Source: Carnimonas bestiolae
Lineage (GTDB): Bacteria > Pseudomonadota > Gammaproteobacteria > Pseudomonadales > Halomonadaceae
DNA length: 24,000 bases
Assembly (NCBI RefSeq): GCF_051251125.1
Contig: NZ_JBPCZL010000010.1
Strand: one strand, 5' to 3'
In this document: positions 19,461-24,000 of the stretch, piece by piece
How the letters are laid out: the number at the start of each line of letters is the position of its first letter
Position numbering within the stretch: the stretch's first letter is position 1
Program-made: the position numbers and the translations under genes
Notes under the pieces: model-generated
Told to the model about the DNA's origin: nothing
What the model saw: only the letters and a program-made list of their open reading frames with translations
Database searches by the model: none

Positions 19461-20321
19461 TCACTCCACATTCTGCACTTGCTCTCTGATCTGCTCGATC
19501 AGCACCTTCAGCTCGACGGCGCGGTGGGTGGTTTCCTTAACCACTGATTTCGAGGCGAGGGTGTTGGCTTCGCGGTTCAGTTCCTGCACCAGAAAATCGA
19601 GGCGACGCCCTACGGGTTGCTGGCTGCCAAGCTGGTGACGAATTTCGCTAACGTGGCTGGTTAGGCGGTCGAGCTCTTCGGCGACGTCGGCGCGCTGTAC
19701 CAGCATGGCTACCTCTGCGCCCAGCCGATGTTCATCGAGGTCCAGTGATGCGGCGTTGGCTCGCTCTACCAATAGCTGGCGTTGGCGTTCGATAATTGAA
19801 GGCAGCAATGCTCGAATGGCCGCGACTTCCTGCTCGATAGCGCCGAGGCGTTCCCGGATGATATCTGCCAAGCGTGCGCCTTCGCGCTCGCGGGCCTGTT
19901 CGAGTGCTTCAAGCCCTTGTTGGAACAGTGCTACAGCGCCTTCTTCTAGCGCTTGCGCATTAGCGGCGCTGGAAGCAATAACGCCCGGCCATTGCAGCAC
20001 ATCCAGTGTGGTGGGCTGTGCAATGCCAACAATGCGCTGCTCAACTTCTTCCATAGCACGCTGCAAATGCTCAAGGCGATTGCTGTCCAGGCGCAAGGCG
20101 CCTTCTTGCTGCTCGGGAAAATAGCGCAGCGTGATATCCACCTTGCCACGCTGAATGCGGCCGCGCAGCTGTTCACGGAAAGCGGGCTCGAGCGAACGCA
20201 GCGGTGCCGCGAGCTGGAAATTCAGGTCGAGGTGGCGCTGATTAACGGTGCGCAGCTCCAATTCGAGGCGGCCCCAGTCGGCGCTGGCATCTTCGCGAGA
20301 AAAGCCGGTCATGCTGCGCAT
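19461..20321 (-). CDS. yicC: YicC family endoribonuclease
   Basis: 286 aa; MRSMTGFSREDASADWGRLELELRTVNQRHLDLNFQLP-like N-terminus and C-terminal GRRLDFLVQELNREANTLASKSVVKETTHRAVELKVLIEQIREQVQNVE. Confidence 0.95.
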   Translation of the reverse strand: MRSMTGFSREDASADWGRLELELRTVNQRHLDLNFQLAAPLRSLEPAFREQLRGRIQRGKVDITLRYFPEQQEGALRLDSNRLEHLQRAMEEVEQRIVGIAQPTTLDVLQWPGVIASSAANAQALEEGAVALFQQGLEALEQAREREGARLADIIRERLGAIEQEVAAIRALLPSIIERQRQLLVERANAASLDLDEHRLGAEVAMLVQRADVAEELDRLTSHVSEIRHQLGSQQPVGRRLDFLVQELNREANTLASKSVVKETTHRAVELKVLIEQIREQVQNVE

Positions 20322-20402
20322 TTATTGATCTCCCCTGCGGCTGATGGATATTGGTTATCAAGTGCGGCGACGCCGGTGGTTGGCGTCGCCCAAGGATGAC
20401 GC

Positions 20403-20425
20403 ATGGCGTCGCTGGCAGACGCCAT
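20403..20425. promoter_or_regulatory. perfect inverted repeat in the yicC/rph divergent intergenic region
   Basis: ATGGCGTC (20403-20410) - GCTGGCA - GACGCCAT (20418-20425). Confidence 0.5.
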
Positions 20426-20697
20426 ACGATGGCGGCCATGCCGTTCGAGCTTGGCTGAGGTAAGCGAGTGCTTCATAAAGCCCGCTCCACACGATTTCTT
20501 ATGGTACCTAAAAGCACCGAAACATGCGGGCAATCGCTTTTCCCGCAAAAGGCGATCACTCTATGGCGATCGTGCATCGGAGGGCGAGTACCGAGGAGCA
20601 TTGAAAGTCGATTCGGCCCATCTCGCCATTCAGGTTAGAATAGGGCCATCCTCCGGCGCCGACGCCGGTTTCCCTATCCAATGAGTCAAGAGTTTCT

Positions 20698-21420
20698 ATG
20701 CTGCGTCCCAGTGGAAGAGAGGCGAATGCGCCTCGCGAAGTGCGTATCACCCGCGAATACACCATGCATGCTGAAGGTTCCGTGCTGGTTGAGTTCGGCA
20801 ATACCAAGGTACTGTGCAACGCCAGTGTCGAAGAAGGCGTGCCGCGCTGGCTGCGGGGCAAAGGGCAAGGCTGGATTACCGCCGAATACGGCATGCTGCC
20901 GCGTGCCACCAACACTCGCGGTGGACGCGAGGCCGCACGGGGCAAGCAGAGCGGTCGTACGGTGGAAATTCAGCGCTTGATTGGTCGTTCGCTGCGCGCA
21001 GCGGTTGATCTCAAGAAGCTGGGCGAGTTCACCATCACCATCGATTGCGACGTTATCCAGGCCGATGGTGGTACTCGTACCGCTGCCATTACCGGCGGCT
21101 GCGTGGCTCTGGTCGATGCGCTGCATTACCTCCAGCGTAACAAGAAGATCAAATCTGACCCGCTGCGTCGGCTGGTGTCCTCGGTATCGGTGGGCGTATA
21201 CAAGGGCACGCCAGTGGTTGATCTCGATTATGCCGAGGACTCCAACGCGGATACCGATCTCAACGTGGTGATGACCGACGAAGGCGGCCTTATCGAGGTA
21301 CAGGGAACGGCCGAGAAGGCACCGTTTTCCCGCACTGAACTGAACGCCATGCTAGATCTGGCTGAAGGCGCAGGCGCTACGCTATTCGAGCAGCAGCGCA
21401 AAGCGCTGGGCCTGATTTGA
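20698..21420 (+). CDS. rph: ribonuclease PH
   Basis: 240 aa; [71 protein letters not shown]. Confidence 0.97.
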   Translation: MLRPSGREANAPREVRITREYTMHAEGSVLVEFGNTKVLCNASVEEGVPRWLRGKGQGWITAEYGMLPRATNTRGGREAARGKQSGRTVEIQRLIGRSLRAAVDLKKLGEFTITIDCDVIQADGGTRTAAITGGCVALVDALHYLQRNKKIKSDPLRRLVSSVSVGVYKGTPVVDLDYAEDSNADTDLNVVMTDEGGLIEVQGTAEKAPFSRTELNAMLDLAEGAGATLFEQQRKALGLI

Positions 21421-21447
21421 TAGTTGTTACTGGTAGGGAGGGATTGC

Positions 21448-21996
21448 ATGACGTCGCCAGCTAAAGCGCTGTTGCTGTACAGCACCACCGATGGCCATAC
21501 CCAGCGTATTGTCGAGGTCATTGCCGAGTCGCTTGCTTCGAAGGGCATCGATGCCGATGTTGTCGATATCAATAGCGGCGAGCCGCCTTCTCCTGAACAC
21601 TATGCGGCGGTGCTGATCGGTGCATCGATTCGCTACGGCAAGTTCAAGCCGTCGGTTGCACGTTACGCATCCACCTATGCAGAGCAGCTGAACCGCAAGG
21701 TATCTGCTTTCGTCGCGGTCAATCTGACGGCGCGCAAGGAAGAAAAGCGCTCGCCGACCACCAATGCCTACACGCACAAGTTCCTCGAAGCGACCCCTTG
21801 GCAGCCGGGGCATTGTGAAGTGGTCGCAGGGGCGTTGCGCTATCCGCGCTATCGCTTGTTTGATCGTCTGATGATTCAACTGATCATGAAAATGACCGGC
21901 GGAGAAACCGATCCTTCCAAGGAGATCGACTACACCGACTGGGAGCGTGTAGCGGCATTTGGTCGCGAATGGGGCGAACAGATTTCCCGCCAATAA
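21448..21996 (+). CDS. hemG: HemG-type flavodoxin-like menaquinone-dependent protoporphyrinogen IX dehydrogenase
   Basis: LLLYSTTDGHTQRIVEVIAESL flavodoxin motif, VLIGASIRYGKFKPSV, GALRYPRYRLFDRLMIQLIMKMTGGETD; ATG at 21448 has an upstream GGGAGGG. Confidence 0.88.
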   Translation: MTSPAKALLLYSTTDGHTQRIVEVIAESLASKGIDADVVDINSGEPPSPEHYAAVLIGASIRYGKFKPSVARYASTYAEQLNRKVSAFVAVNLTARKEEKRSPTTNAYTHKFLEATPWQPGHCEVVAGALRYPRYRLFDRLMIQLIMKMTGGETDPSKEIDYTDWERVAAFGREWGEQISRQ

Positions 21997-22000
21997 AAAA

Positions 22001-22050
22001 CACTCGCTGCGCTGTGTGCCCGGTGTCGAGCGTACGCAGCGTGGCGAGTG
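22001..22050. terminator. possible bidirectional terminator between hemG and crc-like gene
   Basis: AAAAAACACTCGC ... GCGAGTGGTTTT: 7-bp arms CACTCGC (22001-22007) / GCGAGTG (22044-22050) with flanking A/T tracts, between convergent genes; imperfect inner stem. Confidence 0.5.
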
Positions 22051-22081
22051 GTTTTGCGCGGAGGGGAAGTAAGCGAGTTGG

Positions 22082-22843
22082 CTAGATCTCGATATCGTAT
22101 TCGACAATCAGCGGTGCATGCTCGGAGAAGGTGGCGTCAGTGTCGATCCAGGCATTAACGATGTTGCGCTGCAGGTTAGGGCCTACCACCTGATAATCGA
22201 GTCGCCAGCCGTCCTGTCGGTTACGCGACACTTCCTGATCGAGTCGCGGCCACCAAGTGTAACGCTCGGCCTCGCGATCGATTTCGCGGAAGGTATCGAT
22301 GAACCCTAGCGGACCGAATACCTGATCCATAAAGGCGCGTTCCTCTGCGCGAAAGCCGGGCGCAATCTGATACTCAGCCCAGTGACGAACATCAATGGTC
22401 TTGTGAGCAATTTGCCAGGTACCGCAGATGATGTACTCGCGGCGCTTTCGTCGCAGCTTGTTCAGGTAGTCGCTGTAATGCGTAATGAACTTTAGCTTCG
22501 CTTCAGGATCTTCTGGCATCAGAAAGGAAGCAACGCTGAATTTATCGTAGTCAGCTTGCAAAAAACGTCCTTCGTGGTCGCACTGCTCAAACCCCAGCCC
22601 GTACATGATGGCCTTGGGGATATGGCGGCAGTAAATGCCAACGCCCGACATGCCGTCCTGCTCGGCATCGAGGAAATAGCCTTCGAATCCTTCCGGATAG
22701 AGGATGTCATCGCTCAATTCGAAGCTTTTAACCTTGAGGTTCTGCACGCAAACGACATCGGCGTCCTGCTGACGCAGCCAGTCCAGGAAACCGCGTTCTA
22801 CCGCGTTCTTGATGCCATTGACGTTGATGGTGGCTATCTTCAT
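22082..22843 (-). CDS. crc: ExoIII/endonuclease-exonuclease-phosphatase family protein lacking catalytic residues; probable Crc (catabolite repression control) homologue
   Basis: 253 aa; MKIATINVNGIKNAVERGFLDWLRQQDADVVCVQNLKVKSFEL, LRRKRREYIICGTWQIAHKTIDVRHW, GWRLDYQVVGP, FSEHAPLIVEYD; adjacent and divergent to pyrE as in Pseudomonas. Canonical QE, GDxN and SDH motifs are altered. Confidence 0.85.
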   Translation of the reverse strand: MKIATINVNGIKNAVERGFLDWLRQQDADVVCVQNLKVKSFELSDDILYPEGFEGYFLDAEQDGMSGVGIYCRHIPKAIMYGLGFEQCDHEGRFLQADYDKFSVASFLMPEDPEAKLKFITHYSDYLNKLRRKRREYIICGTWQIAHKTIDVRHWAEYQIAPGFRAEERAFMDQVFGPLGFIDTFREIDREAERYTWWPRLDQEVSRNRQDGWRLDYQVVGPNLQRNIVNAWIDTDATFSEHAPLIVEYDIEI

Positions 22844-22952
22844 ACATGGTCCCTTAATTTCCGCGCGTGTATGATACCCGAGATTTCTACTTTTTAGTTA
22901 ACAGCGTCTCTACTTACTCGCTTAAGTTCGGCGCATGTCAGGGACACCCGCC

Positions 22953-23606
22953 ATGTACGATTACCAACGTCACTTCATCGAGTTTGCGATTGCCGAGCGC
23001 GTTCTCTCGTTTGGTAGCTTCACGTTGAAATCGGGCCGAGTGAGTCCGTATTTCTTCAACGCGGGGCAGTTCCAGAGCGGTAAAGCGCTTGCTACGTTGG
23101 GGCGGTCGTACGCTGAGTCAATAGAACGTTCAGCGCCAGAATTTGATGTATTGTTTGGTCCCGCCTACAAAGGTATTCCTCTTGCTGCGGCCACAGCGGT
23201 GGCGTTGTCCGATCATTTTGACCATAGCGTTTCGTATGCGTTTAATCGCAAGGAAGCGAAAGATCACGGCGAAGGGGGCTCGATTGTAGGTGCCGCGCTT
23301 CAAGGCCGTGTCTTGATCATAGACGATGTTATTACGGCTGGTACGGCAATTCGCGAATCAATTGAGCTAATTCGCGCCCAGGGGGCAACACCCGCAGGTG
23401 TCGTGGTTGCCCTTGACCGTCAGGAGCGCGCGGGAGACGAGCACTCTTTCAGCGCTATTCAGGCGGTAGAAGACGAATTTGGCATCCCGGTCATACCGAT
23501 TATTGGCCTCGACAGCATTCTCGATTTCCTCGAAACCGCGAGTCATTCGGACCTCGACCAGTACGCGCCTGATATCCGCGCTTACCGTGATCGCTACGGC
23601 GTTTAA
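22953..23606 (+). CDS. pyrE: orotate phosphoribosyltransferase
   Basis: [44 protein letters not shown] motif [14 protein letters not shown]; ATG at 22953 preferred over 22935. Confidence 0.96.
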   Translation: MYDYQRHFIEFAIAERVLSFGSFTLKSGRVSPYFFNAGQFQSGKALATLGRSYAESIERSAPEFDVLFGPAYKGIPLAAATAVALSDHFDHSVSYAFNRKEAKDHGEGGSIVGAALQGRVLIIDDVITAGTAIRESIELIRAQGATPAGVVVALDRQERAGDEHSFSAIQAVEDEFGIPVIPIIGLDSILDFLETASHSDLDQYAPDIRAYRDRYGV

Positions 23607-23754
23607 GGTCGATTTGTCCTTGAGCCAATGCCCGCGAAGCGCTTAGTATTCATTTAACAAAACACTGTTTCCGATGAGGCTTAGCCATCCGCGGCCTCAA
23701 TTTTTCGAGCGTGGTCGATAGCTGCGCCTCCCGTTTTGCATAAAGAGCAACACA

Positions 23755-24000
23755 ATGTTCACACGTATTACTACCATCGCATTGGCGTCAGCGGGTTTGC
23801 TGTTCGGTGCGCATCAGGCTTCAGCCTTTAGCGTGGCCGCAAACGGCGGCAAGGATACCCAAGGGATTAGCGCCACTCAGAACCTGGCACCGATGATTAG
23901 CTCTGAGTTCGGTTATCAGCATTCCGATTATCACGATTCGGACGCGAATCTTTATTCCGCAGGCTTGATGGTTCACCCGTGGTGGACGCCGATAGCCGAC
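23755..24000 (+). CDS. YfaZ-like outer membrane protein, N-terminal part (truncated at window edge)
   Basis: Open to the right edge from ATG at 23755: MFTRITTIALASAGLLFGAHQASAFSVAANGGKDTQGISATQNLAPMISSEFGYQHSDYHDSDANLYSAGLMVHPWW; signal peptide; family call from partial resemblance. Confidence 0.55.
   Translation, partial: MFTRITTIALASAGLLFGAHQASAFSVAANGGKDTQGISATQNLAPMISSEFGYQHSDYHDSDANLYSAGLMVHPWWTPIAD

Noticed and set aside
22082-22843. Annotating this gene simply as exodeoxyribonuclease III (xthA)
   Set aside because: Key catalytic motifs (LQETK, GDxN, SDH) are altered and synteny with pyrE favours Crc.

Overview
Gammaproteobacterial chromosomal window; gene content looks Halomonas/Pseudomonas-like (inference). 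Most of it is housekeeping DNA in an order I recognise from Pseudomonas: recG, oxyR (-); SDR-family protein (+); ridA, spoT, rpoZ, gmk (-); then yicC (-), rph (+), hemG-like (+), crc/ExoIII-family (-), pyrE (+) and the start of a YfaZ-like gene (+). About 10.4 kb of accessory DNA lies between gmk and yicC. It holds a compact four-gene chaperone-usher fimbrial operon (pilin, chaperone, usher, two-domain tip adhesin), a DadA-like FAD oxidoreductase, and a visibly AT-richer EcoRII-type restriction-modification module (Dcm/M.EcoRII-like methyltransferase, EcoRII-like endonuclease, Vsr mismatch endonuclease). The points most worth a second look are: (1) the ExoIII-family gene beside pyrE has lost key catalytic residues and looks like Crc, not a nuclease; (2) the dcm-ecoRII-vsr operon, with a TTG-started nuclease behind a strong SD and a TAATG nuclease/vsr junction; (3) a perfect 9-bp stem-loop between the pilin and chaperone genes, and a cluster of small hairpins upstream of the pilin; (4) an unlisted ORF truncated at the left edge with a Gly/Ser/Pro-rich linker. 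I found no CRISPR array, tRNA/rRNA, transposase or integrase, and nothing that is clearly a wholly new system.
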